Positions 39,257 through 55,000 of a stretch of 64,000 bases of DNA are shown piece by piece. The notes beneath the pieces were generated by a model, which was not told the DNA's origin, made no database searches, and was given only the letters and a program-made list of their open reading frames with translations. A program made the position numbers and the translations under genes. Every line of letters begins with the position of its first letter. Positions within the stretch are counted from its first letter, which is position 1. Source of the stretch: Adineta vaga (taxonomy: Eukaryota; Animalia; Rotifera); NCBI GenBank assembly GCA_021613535.1, contig CP075494.1, forward strand, positions 7,998,001 to 8,062,000, given 5' to 3'.

Positions 39257-39774
39257 ACGATTTGATTACATTTTTTTTGTAATAATAAATTATTCTTTTA
39301 CCTAGTCACGAGCAGATCAAAGTTTATCGAAGTGATAGTCAAGATGATGTTTGAGATATAAACAATCTTCTTATATCTTTAATTTCCACTTATTGTCGAT
39401 AGTGGTGAGGAGTACTAAAAGAGAAAATTCGATCAAATATTTAGATTAAATATGCAAAAGAATTATTTGTACTCTCAAAGTCATGCTTTACTGTTTGAAA
39501 TTTCAGTAACTTCAACAAATAGGTAAATGATGAAACCATAAATTTCACATTTGTTTTCAAAATAATAGATTTTCAATGAACTACTTAGCCTATATGTGTC
39601 ATACGAAACCATATTAGATTGATATATTGGGTAATTATTATCTCATTTCAGAGTTTCGTTCCTGATATCAAACTATCATAAACGACGCCTTCAGAATGCG
39701 TGCTATTTCTAATATATAATATTACTCTCGATGAAAGAGCTATATATATGCCTCTGTAATTCTATTGAAGTAAA

Positions 39775-40499
39775 ATGGTATCAATGACTTCGATTGTACG
39801 TTTAGCTATTATAGTGCTATTACCAATTCTTGTTTCAAGTCAAAAACAAGGTAGAATCATCGCCAAGAAACAGTCATAGATTTTCTTTTGAATATAATTT
39901 GTTTAGATATATTGACGTTGTTATTTCGATGTCGTCAAAATGAAGTATATAAATGTGGTTCAACATGTATTGAAACATGTAATTACAAACCAGAGATATG
40001 TTCGTTAATGTGCAGTTATGGTTGCTTTTGTACAGATGGATATGTTCGCCAATCAAATGCAACTGATAGTGCTTGTATCAAACGTGAAGAATGTAAAAGT
40101 GTTAGTGATTCTCTACCAGTTTGTGGAGATAATGAAGAATATTTAACATGTGGTTCACCGTGTACTTCAACTTGTGATGATTTACGTTATCCTTTACCGA
40201 AACCACCTCTAGCTTGTATGACAATGTGTAAGTCAGGTTGTTTCTGCAAGAAAGGCTATTATCGAGATGGAAATGGCAAATGTGTTCCACCCGAACAATG
40301 TTGTGGAAAAAATGAAAGATATAAAACTTGTGGTTCACCTTGTGTCGAAACTTGTAATGACAAAGCAGCAACTATATGTACAACACAATGTATTGCTGGA
40401 TGTTTTTGTGGATGTTCTGATTACGTTCGACAGAATAGTACTGCGAATAGTCCTTGTATTCATCGTGATGACTGTCCAAAAGAATGTACTGATGATTAA
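39775..40499 (+). CDS. Secreted protein with three trypsin-inhibitor-like (TIL) cysteine-rich domains, 2 exons
   Basis: Signal peptide MVSMTSIVRLAIIVLLPILVSS, then three C.NE.Y..CGS.C..TC...C...C..GCFC...YR....C....C units. Confidence 0.92.
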
Positions 40500-41147
40500 C
40501 TACCGTTGTTTTTTTCTTTTAAATTTAAAATAAAAGTAATACATTATATCCACTTCTCATGTAAACTTATTATTTAACTCTCTTCGAATATCATATTAGG
40601 CATTAAACAATACAATCGATATAATGTATAATTATGATCAAATTTTAATTTGAAAATGCAATTCTTTTTCTTGTTCTGTGAAACATGCAGTTGCCATTGC
40701 AATCAATGAATAACAAATATGTTTAAAGATTGCACTACTTCCTTCTTGACTTATGGATTGAATTGCATGATGATATTTCAGAGAGAGAGAGAGAGAGCAC
40801 GTTCTTCTACGTTTAATCAAAGTTCAAACTAGAATAAAGTATTTATCTATATGCAATAAATTATCCTTTTGTCATTTCATTCAAATTCAAACTATTAAGA
40901 AGATAATGAATTCTCAATTGAAAAATGTCTCGACATTTTTTTATCATATTTAAACAACTAGACAATTGATACTATATTAAATAAATTTATTTTACCTGCG
41001 AATGTAAGTAAGTGCCATCTGTTGTAATTGTATCTATGTTAGTTGGTTGGTCGATATTTTCGTGACTCATAATTGTTTGATTTGCCGGTGTATTACATCG
41101 TGTTATTTCATTTTATTTCCAATTGATCATAATTTCACAGTAGTTAA

Positions 41148-42726
41148 ATGCCGAGTACAATCTGTGTGTCATGTCAGGGCCAACGGCCAGCTGCTCTTGT
41201 ACGTCCAAAAACAAGTGAACCATATTGTAAACTATGCTTTTTCGAAGCATTCGAGCGTGAAATACATGAAACGATTGTTAAAGAACAATTATTCAAATCC
41301 GGTGAAACTATCGCTGTTGCTGCAAGTGGTGGCAAAGGTATTTAAAAGAAAAAAAAACGAAATTTATACTTGATTATAATCACTAATGGAACAATTTAGA
41401 TTCAACTGTTCTTGCTCATGTAATGAAATTATTAAATGAAAGACATTCGTATGGTCTTAAACTTGTTCTACTATCTATTGATGAAGGTATTACAGGTTAT
41501 CGAGATGATTCACTTGAAACAGTTAAACGTAATCAACAACAATATGATTTGCCCTTAATTATACTTACGTATAAAGAATTATACGGTTGGAGTATGGTAA
41601 TGAACTGTAAAATTCGAATGAGCAATATACATTTATATATGTGTCTATTTTATAGGATGAAATTGTTAAAGCAGTGGGACGTAAAAATAACTGTAAGTGC
41701 TTAGCTTTTTTTTCTACCAAAGACAAAATATCAGAATTTTATTTTGTTATAACAAATTTCTAAATCAGCATGACTATCTATTTTTGAATGTAAGTTTACA
41801 AGGTTACGACATAAAAAGTAATGTCCTTTCGAAGGTTAGATGAAAAAAAAAGTAGGAAATAGTTGAAGTTTCTCGTGATTAAATGGTTATGTATATTTTT
41901 AATGTCATTTTATATCGAGCTAATGTTCTTGTAATAGAAAAAAGATAGATTACAAAACTTGATTTAAAATTTATCGATAGAAAGAGTTCAATTCTCTCAT
42001 TTTATCTTTCATAGGTACATTCTGTGGTGTTTTTCGTCGTCAAGCTCTTGATCGTGGTGCAATGAAGTTATCTGTTAATAAAATTGCTACTGGTCATAAT
42101 GCTGATGATATTGCTGAAACTATTCTAATGAATATTCTTCGTGGTGATATAGCACGATTAAAACGTTGTACATCGATTATAACCGGTGATGAAAATGATG
42201 AAAACGAAGGATCTGTAATACCTCGATGTAAACCATTAAAATATGCTTATGAAAAGGAAATTGTTCTTTATGCATTTTACAAACGCTTGGATTATTTTTC
42301 GACTGAATGTCTCTATTCTCCTAATGCATATCGTGGAAATATTCGAACATATATTAAAGATCTAGAACGTTTAAGACCATCATCTATTATCGATATAATT
42401 CATAGTGGTGAACAATTATTAGTTAAACAAACAGCAAAAATGCCTGTTCAACGTGTTTGTGAACGATGTTCTTATTGTTCATCGATGCCAGTCTGTAAAG
42501 CATGTTTGTTAATTGAAGGTTTGAACAAAGGTGTACCAAAATTAGGTATTGGAAAAACAGAACGGTATCGAAAAGAAATGCAAAAGAAAGATGAATGTTG
42601 CAGTAAGTCAATTAACTATATTCATATCAAATGAGAAACGTTTTTGTTTTTCTTCTTTTTTCATTAGATGATCAATCTTTGTGTCATTGTATGAAAGAAA
42701 AACTAACAGTGAATGAAGATAAATAA
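41148..42726 (+). CDS. CTU1: Cytoplasmic tRNA 2-thiolation protein 1 (Ncs6/CTU1), 5 exons
   Basis: [25 protein letters not shown] (PP-loop), [67 protein letters not shown]. Confidence 0.97.
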
Positions 42727-42836
42727 GATAAAATTGAAAAACAAATAAACAAACACAAACATGTGTTTTCCTTTTGTTTTTCGAGTCATATATTTTGTTT
42801 GATTTTCAGATAGATTTGAGTATTTTATTTTTTAAA

Positions 42837-45800
42837 ATGTATGGTGGTAGGAACAGACGATCTTCATCTACATTGTCTCAATCTATCTATACTGACGAAT
42901 CAAATACGAATACATCTACATTAAGTGAATCAGCATGCCTTCCAATCGGTTGTTCCGTGAGTGCCAAATATCGAGGAGCATTTTGTTCAGGTAAATCTAT
43001 AAAAAAAAACGAAAAGAAAACTTCTTCATCAAAGCTTTGTTTTGTTCTAGCTCAAGTGAAAACAGTAGCAAAGGAAGTGAAAGTTAAAGTAACATTATTG
43101 ACTACAAATGATACGATAACTATTTCTGACGAACAAATTGTTCAACCTGCTTTATTACGTGTTGGTCGTATCGTAACAGTACGTTTACCAATATCGATTC
43201 GTCATGAAGCTACACCACATCTATCACGTAGTGGTCTAGCAGCAATTATAAATGCGAGTAATAACTGCGAAGAAAAACAAGCAACAATTAAACGAATTTA
43301 TGATAATAGTATTTATACAGTCGTATTCAATGATGGTGATGAAAAATCTTTAAGACGTTCATCACTTTGTTTACAAGGTATTCGTTTATATCAAAATCAA
43401 ATTGATCAACAAAAACTTCTCGAAGACATTCCAACACCAACCATATTTACAAATAGTAATGATATGACATCCATTGTTGCTGTTCAACGTAATGGAACAA
43501 ATAATCATCATGCATTTCCAGCTTTAATACTTAAACGTAAATCATTAGCAGATTATATGTGGATAAAAAGTTTTCTCGATGGTCGAGAATATATTGTTCA
43601 TAAACGTGATGATGTTCATTCGTATAAGAATAATTCCGAAATTCAATCATTATGTCGATCAACATCGAAACAAGCAACGAAAGCGTGTGAAAAATTTATT
43701 AAATATAATCAAATCCCAGTTATTTGGCAAAAGAAAAAGAAGAAAATTGTGATAAATGATTCTAATGAAGAAAAAAATCAAAGTGATAATGAATCGAATA
43801 CGAGTGTCACAGATGTTGATGATAGTGATGAAGAAACAACGAAAGAAAAAGATTCATTTGTAGCACAATTATTTGCTTTTATGGATGATAGAGGTTAATT
43901 TAATTAGATCTTATAGAAATTCTTTATTAATAATATCTTTTTCTAGGTACACCAATAAACAGTATTTCAAAAGTTCATAATTATGATATTGATCTTCATC
44001 GTTTATTTAAAATTGTTCGACAATATGGAGGATATAATAAAGTAATTACTACATATATATATATATATATATTTGATGAGAATTAGTCATGAATCTATCT
44101 ATTCTCTTTTTTTTTATACAGGTTATGAAAAATGATCTATGGGGTAAAGTATACATCAAAATGGGTTTGCCCGATGAATCATCACCTAAAAATAATCGAT
44201 TGATTGAAAATGCTTATAGAAAGTTTGTAGATATATGTTTAATAAGTAGAATATCTATCATTATTAATGTATATTTATCTAGATATTTATTTGCTTATGA
44301 AGATTTATCAAAAAAATTAGGTACAATAACTGCTCCAAGTGCATATTTTGGTGGACGAACAAGTCTAAGTAGTGATTCAAGACGAAGTTTAATTCGTGTT
44401 CGACAATTATCGGATGAGAAGAATAAATCAAAATATAATTTAACTTTAAATAAACGTCAAGTATATAGATTTGAAAATGATTCGTAAGAATAGAATCAAT
44501 TGTATTCTTTAATTTAGTCTTCAAAAAGACAATCGGTTGATTCGAAACCAATATTAACTTCAATAAAACCTCGTCGAAAAAGGTTGGTGATTAATAAAAC
44601 TAGATCATCAAATGTTCTTTCATCGAGTACTTCCGATTCGGATACATCTGATAATGAAACAACTAATTCATCGACATTTTCAAATAATAACAAAATCAAA
44701 AAACAACCGATAAATTCACCATTGAAAAAATCAATATTTCGTTCAGATGAGAAAAAACAAATAATTGATCATAAGAATTTATCTTCATCAGGAAATCCTA
44801 CACAAAAATCAACATCGATGAAAAAGATCAGTGCAACGAATGATACTGAAAATGATATGAAACCAGTTATAAAAATTGCGAAAATATCTGATGAAATTTT
44901 GTAAGTTAAACAGTTAAATAAATTTTCATTTCCTATCATCAATCATTTTCTTTTAGAAAAGAATCAATATTAGCAACACCTAAACTTCATCGAAAGGAAC
45001 CAACGAAATTACACGATCGAGAACAAACAAAACCCTATCCATTATTATCAGAAGACTTTAAAAAAACGGGAACACATAATTTAACACCTTTACCCGTTAC
45101 ACCTGTATCACCATCACCTCCGCCTTCCAATACTGACGAATCACCGAACTTCTCTTCGCTTCCAACGACTAATCAACATAACAATCATTCATTTGATGAT
45201 ATGCCAGGTAAATCAACTTCTTTCTTTTCTATAACTTCTAATTCATTCTTTATTCAAAAAGTTCTTGATGTTCCTATGACATTGCCAACTTTAATTCCAT
45301 CATCAACTACCAATAATACCGAATTTCTTTCATCATGCTCAACTAAACGATCGTATTCCGAAGATAATTTTGATTTTACTTACAAAACTGATGAACAATC
45401 AACTCCATCAAAACGCTCAAGATCATCTTTAGATAGTAATGATACAAACAGGTAAAATATATCATATTTTTAAAACAAATAATACTCAATTATTCCTTTC
45501 TATCTAGTAGTAGTAAACAATCTACAAATCGATTCACATATGCTGACGTTCTTGTGAATGATATATTATCTATAAAACGAGATATTAATCGAAAGAAACA
45601 ATATTCTGTTCGATGTCTAGAAAAAAATGATCGTACCAAGGAATTACGTGTTCAGTACATTGATTTAGATTCAAAGTAAAACGATTGAATTGAATATATA
45701 TGATTTGTAACTGATTGTGTTCTATTGATTTTTAGAAATGATGAATGGATTGAATTCGAACAGATTGTTAAACGTCAATATAATTCTAATGAAGATGAAA

Positions 45801-47257
45801 TCAATGATAAGTCAAATGTATCATTAATAACAATTGAAGATGATCAACGAAAAGTAGAAAATAAGAAAGTCACTACAAGTGAACAAGATGATGGAAGTAA
45901 GTTTATTTCTCAAATTGAATTTTATACCAAATCATCTATTTTCGGTATTTAGTATGGAAAAGTTTAGAAATAATATCATTAAGTGAAAATGATGTTGTCA
46001 CAAATTCAGCAACGAATCAAATTAATGAAGTGAATCATCAAGATATTCTGTAAGTTTGCTAGATGCCTACTTGATGTATCTTATTATGATGAGTCAGTTA
46101 AAATTATCTTTGAATCACGATCTACTCTGTTTTTATTAATTCATATTTCATATATTTGTATAAATGAATAGTTCATCCGATCAAACAACAGAATTTCAAC
46201 AAATTACATCTCCAACTGCTAGTGAAAATATCATCATCATTAATATCGATGATGTCTTAGAATCTACAGATGATAATCATGATCATCAAACATCGAATTT
46301 AAAGATTATTTCTACCGAAAGCGTTCATATTGATGATAATATAAATACATCTGATATGTAAATATCTTCTTATATCTTCGAAATATATTCTTTTATTCTC
46401 ATTCTTTACTTTAGTTTTCTACATCCAGTATATGATAAAGAAGAGATTATTGATAATTCTCCAATAGATGCATTTCTTCCAAATATTCAACAACCAACTT
46501 CACCTATTGATAATCGTCGTGCTTTAACACGTCAACAAAAACGACGTACATTGAGAGAACCATCTGTATCATCAAAGAAACGAACGAGATTAGATACAGA
46601 TTTAAATAGTAATTATTCTATGGATAATCTTTCCAATAATAATGAACAGAATTCATGTTTCAATGAACAACAAACGATCGAAAGTATGTCTCATTTTTGA
46701 ATGTTAATATTGATTTAACTGATTGTTCTAGTAAAACGATATCGAATAGGAGGAAAACGTGGAGGAAAACGAACAGTTAATCAAACAGGTATATTAATCA
46801 TGTGTTTGTATTCTTTTCTATTTAAAATAATTCATTTTAGATAATGAAAACGAAGATTCTCATGTGAATTCTTTAGTAAATTCTACATTGAGACAACAAT
46901 TAGAAGATATGTTTAAAAATCGAACGAGTCGTTACAATTTTCTTGATCTTAGTAAGAATTTCTTTTACATACTTCTCAATTATAACTCTCTTCATGTAAT
47001 TTAGACAATGATATTACAGGTGACGATCGTTTAGCACATTTAAAAGATCATATGCGCCAATGCCAAAAAGTCTTTCTCAATTTAAAAAGTGCCTTAACCA
47101 AAATCGAAAAACAAAGAAAAGTATTTCTTCGACGACAAAAATCTATAGGTATGTCAAATCTATTGGAAATAAATCTGTAATACAGTCTTTGATTTCATCT
47201 TTTCTAGTTTCTCAGCCAACAACAAACGACCTTCTATTGCCATCTCCATGTAAATGA
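42837..47257 (+). CDS. ARID4: ARID4/RBBP1-like chromatin protein (Tudor, PWWP-like, ARID, chromobarrel, C-terminal coiled coil)
   Basis: LPIGCSVSAKYRGAFCSAQVK, DNSIYTVVFNDGDEKSLRRSSLCLQG, FPALI, KSFLDG, EKDSFVAQLFAFMDDRGTPIN..DLHRLFKIV..GGYNKV..W, NAYRKYLFAYE, LRVQY..NDEWI, DRLAHLKDHMRQ..FLNLKS. Confidence 0.93.
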
Positions 47258-47451
47258 AAATTTCATTCATCGATTTTTGTTTTCTTGTTTGTTTTTTTCT
47301 TTTTTGTTTTGGTTATTATTTGTTACGTAAAAATCCGTTACAGTGCGTTCTTTCTTCAAACTGTTCTTGAAAATGAATAGATATATTTTCATTTGTTTTA
47401 TGAATAGAAACCGATTTCTAATAATTGTGATTTTTCTAGTTTGTAGTTTTC

Positions 47452-48300
47452 ATGGAGGTTTATAAATTAACGAATCTACCTGATTCACTTTATTACATAC
47501 CAAATTTTATAACCAATGAAGAAGAAGAACAATTACTTTCACATGTTAATAATGTTCCACGAACTCGTTGGGTACAACTAAGAAATCGACGATTACAAAA
47601 TTGGGGTGGACAACCACATGCGAAAGGAATGATTCAAACTGAACCATTGCCTAATTGGTTAGAACCATATACAGAACGAATACTACAACTTGGAAAAGAA
47701 ACGATTTTTTCTGATAGTTTTTTTCAATTCAATCATTGTTTAGTTAATGAATATGAAGCAGGTCAAGGTATTATGCCACATACGGATGGACCTGTTTATT
47801 TTCCAATCGTGACAACCATTTCTTTACAATCACATACAGTTATTGAATTCTATCGACCGATAGATAGTCTTAATACAGAGGTGAGATAAGATCGAGTGTT
47901 AAAATACTTCAGACTATTGATCTTATCTATAAAAACACTACATTTCGCAATAATTTTTCGTTCGAAATAGTTTAAAACTTCGAGTGATGATCATAACTAT
48001 TCCTTTTTCTTATCTATTTAGGAAGTATCATCGTTGTCGGATCGTTGTATTGCTCGAGTACTTCTTGAACCACGTAGTTTATTTATTGTTAAAGATAATA
48101 TGTATTCATATTATATGCATGGAATTGAAGAACGTCACGATGATCAAATCAATCGTGCATTGATTAGTAATTTTGATCGATGTAGTGAGAATATTCAAAG
48201 TAAAGATGAATTAGTATTAGCACGTACAACGCGAATATCTTTAACAATTCGACGTGTTGAAAAAACATCAAAACTACCACTTGGAATGATACGTAAATGA
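47452..48300 (+). CDS. ALKBH6: AlkB homolog 6 (2OG-Fe(II) dioxygenase), 2 exons
   Basis: YYIPNFITNEEE, WVQLRNRRLQNWGGQPH, NHCLVNEYEAGQGIMPHTDGP, LLEPRSL, YMHGI, RISLTIR. Confidence 0.96.
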
Positions 48301-48334
48301 AAATGACATTTTTTTATTTTTATTTTTATTTCAG

Positions 48335-49298
48335 ATGTTATTCCTTGGACGACTATTGACCAGTCGTTCATCATCTACCGTACTTCTACAATGTCGTTCT
48401 CGCATTTTTTCTTCATTGACATATAATAAACGATTATTTCCTCTACAAATAACGTCAGCAGCATCATTATCAAAAAGTCTTTTGCGATACTCATCAGATT
48501 CACTAGAGCAACCAAAAACTGATCGTGTATGGACTATACCAAATATTTTAACATTTGCTCGAATTGGTACATCGCCAATTCTTGGTTACTTGATTATAAC
48601 TCATCATTATCCAGCTGCATTATCACTTTTTCTCATCTCAGGTTTTACCGATTTACTTGATGGTTGGATTGCTCGTCGTTATCCATCACAAGCATCAGCA
48701 TTAGGTTCATTTCTTGATCCATTTGCTGATAAAATGCTTGTTGGAATTGTTGTCATATCACTTGCTTATGTTCATCTTATACCTTTATGGTTACTTGCTT
48801 TGATTCTTGGTCGTGATATAGTAATTATGTGTGTTGCAGCCTATCTTCAGAATTAAATCTGTACCACCACCAAGAACATTGAAGAAAATCTTAAATATGA
48901 AAAATGCAACTGTACAACTTTATCCAACATTTGTCAGTAAAGTAAGTTACGTAACGGAGACGCGTCTCAGATTTCTAATATCACTGAATACTGATCTATA
49001 TTAATTGCAGATAAAGCCTAAATGTCTATCCCTATGAGAATATGCTCGGCAGGATAACAAACGAAATATGTCTCTTTACTTTCAGGTAAATACTGGTGTT
49101 CAAATTGGATTGTTAACCTTATGTATGGCAGCACCAATTTTTGATTATCATCACACTGGTTGGATGTCAGTTATTTACGCATTGTCTGCTCTTTCTACTG
49201 GAGTATCATGGCTTTCTTATACGGGAAAAAGTGGTCGAGCAACATTTAAAATGCTTTCGCAACAATCGAAGACACCTCCTCCTTCATCTTCTTTGTAA
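48335..49298 (+). CDS. CRLS1: Cardiolipin synthase (CMP-forming); reading frame broken by a +1 frameshift at ~48848 in this sequence
   Basis: Mitochondrial-type presequence, WTIPNILTFARI, DLLDGWIAR..S.LGSFLDPFADK (CDP-alcohol phosphotransferase motif), LILGRD. The conserved continuation RIKSVPPPRTL..LYPTFVSK|VNTGVQ lies in the +1 frame. Confidence 0.92.
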
Positions 49299-49384
49299 TT
49301 ATATTTCTTTTCTTTTTTATACAAACAAAAACAAACAAGCACGTAGAATAAAACAGACAAAAAGAACAAAAAGATTGTTTTTCT

Positions 49385-51994
<2,610 letters not shown>

Positions 51995-54371
51995 GTTAAC
52001 AACAAATTGATAATCATTCTGTTGAAAAGAAAATGAGAATATGTAATTGTTTTCTTTTGATCAAGATCAAAGAAACCGACTGTATGAGTTTCTACTTAAG
52101 AAACGTAACTATGTTTTCGTTTTTGTTATTAGAAAATGAAATGATACCCAATGGAATTTGAAGAGTACATAAGAAGAAACATTTAAAATGATAAAAAATA
52201 CTCGATAATGTCATAAGTTGATACAAGAAAGTGTATCGAGATATTTCAAGGCATAGATTTGATTTAACGACTGACCAGCAGAGAGACAAACACTTTCTAG
52301 AGAATATGTTTTTCTTTATCCAAAGCAAAATATGACTATATAATATGGATGTCTCAATTATCCTGTTGTACACGATTGCAATATATAGAATTAAATCAAC
52401 TATTATAGTAGATCTACTGCATAAGTACTTAAAATCTTAGAAAAAGAATCATTTACCCAGAATGTCATAGCATATTGTCTCCAATCCATGTTAATACTGA
52501 TGTTTGATAATGAAGTATTGAAACTGTGAATAGTAAATCATGATCATTTTCTCTAGTCTCTCTTATATAGTAGATTTTTTTCGTGTCAATTTGCATTTTC
52601 GCCCCATTATGTTTGTTCAGAAAATGTTCTTGAAATACATAGACATTCAGGTAGAATAAGAAAAAGAATAGGGGCGTGTATTTGTCTTTCAAAGAGTATG
52701 TATCTTATCATTCATACATTCTCATTTTCAATGATGAAAAAAGGAGCTGCTACTGTTCCTTTTCAGACACACATACACATACACACACTTCAATCTTTGA
52801 TAGGCAAACATCTTTATGTTGTCTAATTAAAAATGAGATACATATATATATGCACATTCATTCCTATATGTATGTATGTATATGTGATGACGATGATAAT
52901 AGATGTGTGCTAGCAATGATCACAATGGCAAATAGAGAAAGAAAGACAGAGAGAGAGAAATGAAGTAGAATATGCTTCCTTAGAAAATGAAAGTGAGATG
53001 AGACACATTCTTCAGTGTTAAAAGCAAATAAATCGTATCATGAAGTTTGACATGAATCACAATGGTAAACTTTTTTCTTATGAATGTGGAGAGCCATTGA
53101 ATATGAATAGATACTTTCTACATTTTCGAGTCTTGTGACATTAGTGTCATATATCAGATAATCATGAACGAAAACAGAACACAACTATTATTTTCAGCAG
53201 TTCGTTCAATCATGACTGGCTGTAGTAATGCTTAAAGAAATGTCGATCTTTTTAAGTATAAGTTGAATAATTTTTCAAAACTGATCATCAATAGAATTTA
53301 ATTAAAACTAAAACCTGAATTCTTCTGACCGAGAAATGTATGTAAGATACTTCTTGTATCTGACCTGTAAAATGAACATAGTTATATCACGACGAAAATA
53401 TGTTTTTGCCTGATGATTTCATACTTTGATTGCTATAGAAAAAATATTACTAGATATTAATTGTCCAAGATACCATCATATACATTCATCAATCACTTTA
53501 ATTTTCGATTTCACTCGCGCATCATACTATTTGTGTCTTGTCTTTCTCTAATATCTAATCGGAATGCTTTTTAGGGTTTCATCTAACGTTAAAACTGGAA
53601 ATAAGTGAATATTAATCAAGTTCGAACATTCATTGGTAGCTATTTTAGTAGTTCAAAATGACTCATTTTACTGTCTAGCTTAGTACTCAGCTCATTAATC
53701 AGATCCCAGTCGAACATTAGACTAGAAAGAGCTTTAACATAGATAAAGCTCCATTCGTCAATTTCATGTGAATATGAATATTTTGAAAAACATCTTTCTA
53801 TCTTCGTATATGTTTATTATGCTTCAGAATCAACAAGGAATTTATTTATATTTCTGATTCTAGGTCTGGATTATATATGAGGAAAATATGCTTGTTATCA
53901 CTTTCAATCAGTTGATGTGATCATTTTTCTTTTTCTAGACAAATGAAATCGATCCAATCCAAAGTGTTTTGTCTTATTAATGTTTTATTATTTCTTTATA
54001 TGAATGCAGTAGACTGTGACCTCGACGTATTTGAATTATACTTTTGTATTCGAGTATGATCATAAAGAACGACCAGCGTCTATCTTTGAATACTTAAATA
54101 ATTTATTAAGTATTGAAATATTATCTCCCAAATTCTCTGCATGCTCACGGCAGATTTTATCAGATAGGTATTCTATATTTTCTCGTGCTTTTCTAATTCA
54201 ATCATGCTTCATTCTCTCACTTTAGACCACCGATCGTGACAAGAATAGTGATACAAAAAATTGAAATAGAAGTGTTTTTTCTTTTGAAAATAAATTATGC
54301 CCAAACATTTCTCGGAATTATTTGTGTTTCATTCATCGAAAAAAACAACAACAATAACATATGATCAGTAT

Positions 54372-54770
54372 TTAAAAAGTTAGATTATCTTTTTCAACGG
54401 AATGATTATTCGAGCCTGTTAAATGTTGATATCGTGCTCGTATCGATGCAAGTAATTCAGCATATCTTGGTACATCAGGTACTAATGTTCGAAATTCACG
54501 ACATGATTCTATAATACCATTAACTAAACGTTTCTGTCGTGGATTGGAATCATTCGTTGTTGAAAATTTTTGATATAAATCATCACAATAAGCAGCAATA
54601 AGAGCAATTTCACGATGATTTTCCCATGCATAATCGAGACCACGAATAAAACCTTGCCGAAAACCACGTTGATATCCATACTGACGACCTTCTTGTTGAC
54701 CATTTTCCATCACACGATCGTCGAGTGATGAAGCAAAATCCAAAACATCAATATTTCGATCGTTTGTCAT
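54372..54770 (-). CDS. LTO1: LTO1/ORAOV1 (Yae1-family deca-GX3 protein), single exon
   Basis: GxxxG repeat (GQQEGRQYGYQRGFRQGFIRG), REIA.., IRARYQ and a C-terminal L-T-F reminiscent of the LTO1 CIA-targeting tail. Confidence 0.8.
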   Translation of the reverse strand: MTNDRNIDVLDFASSLDDRVMENGQQEGRQYGYQRGFRQGFIRGLDYAWENHREIALIAAYCDDLYQKFSTTNDSNPRQKRLVNGIIESCREFRTLVPDVPRYAELLASIRARYQHLTGSNNHSVEKDNLTF

Positions 54771-55000
54771 CTAAAATCAATCGATCTGATTTCAATAATA
54801 GATGAAAACAAAACGAATCAACTATTTATTATATTCAGAACGAAAAGAAAAAAAAAAGATTTCTTTATTTTCGAATGACATTTAAATTTAGCACCGCAAA
54901 AAATATCCATTCATTTACACAGCAAACAAAGTGTGATAAAAGAAGAGAAAAGTCTATATGACTAGAAAAACAAGTAAAACATATGTGCAGAAAAAAACAA

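Noticed and set aside
47984-47990. C box (GTGATGA) suggesting a C/D snoRNA
   Set aside because: No downstream CTGA D box within the intron.
48293-48334. Possible cis intron fusing ALKBH6 to CRLS1
   Set aside because: Using the GTAAAT donor at 48293 joins out of frame with CRLS1 and hits a stop within ~30 codons, so no fusion protein results.
48813-48850. Tiny intron rescuing the CRLS1 frameshift
   Set aside because: The 30-nt and 38-nt options give the wrong frame. The 19-nt option restores frame but is far below local intron sizes and deletes conserved TM residues.
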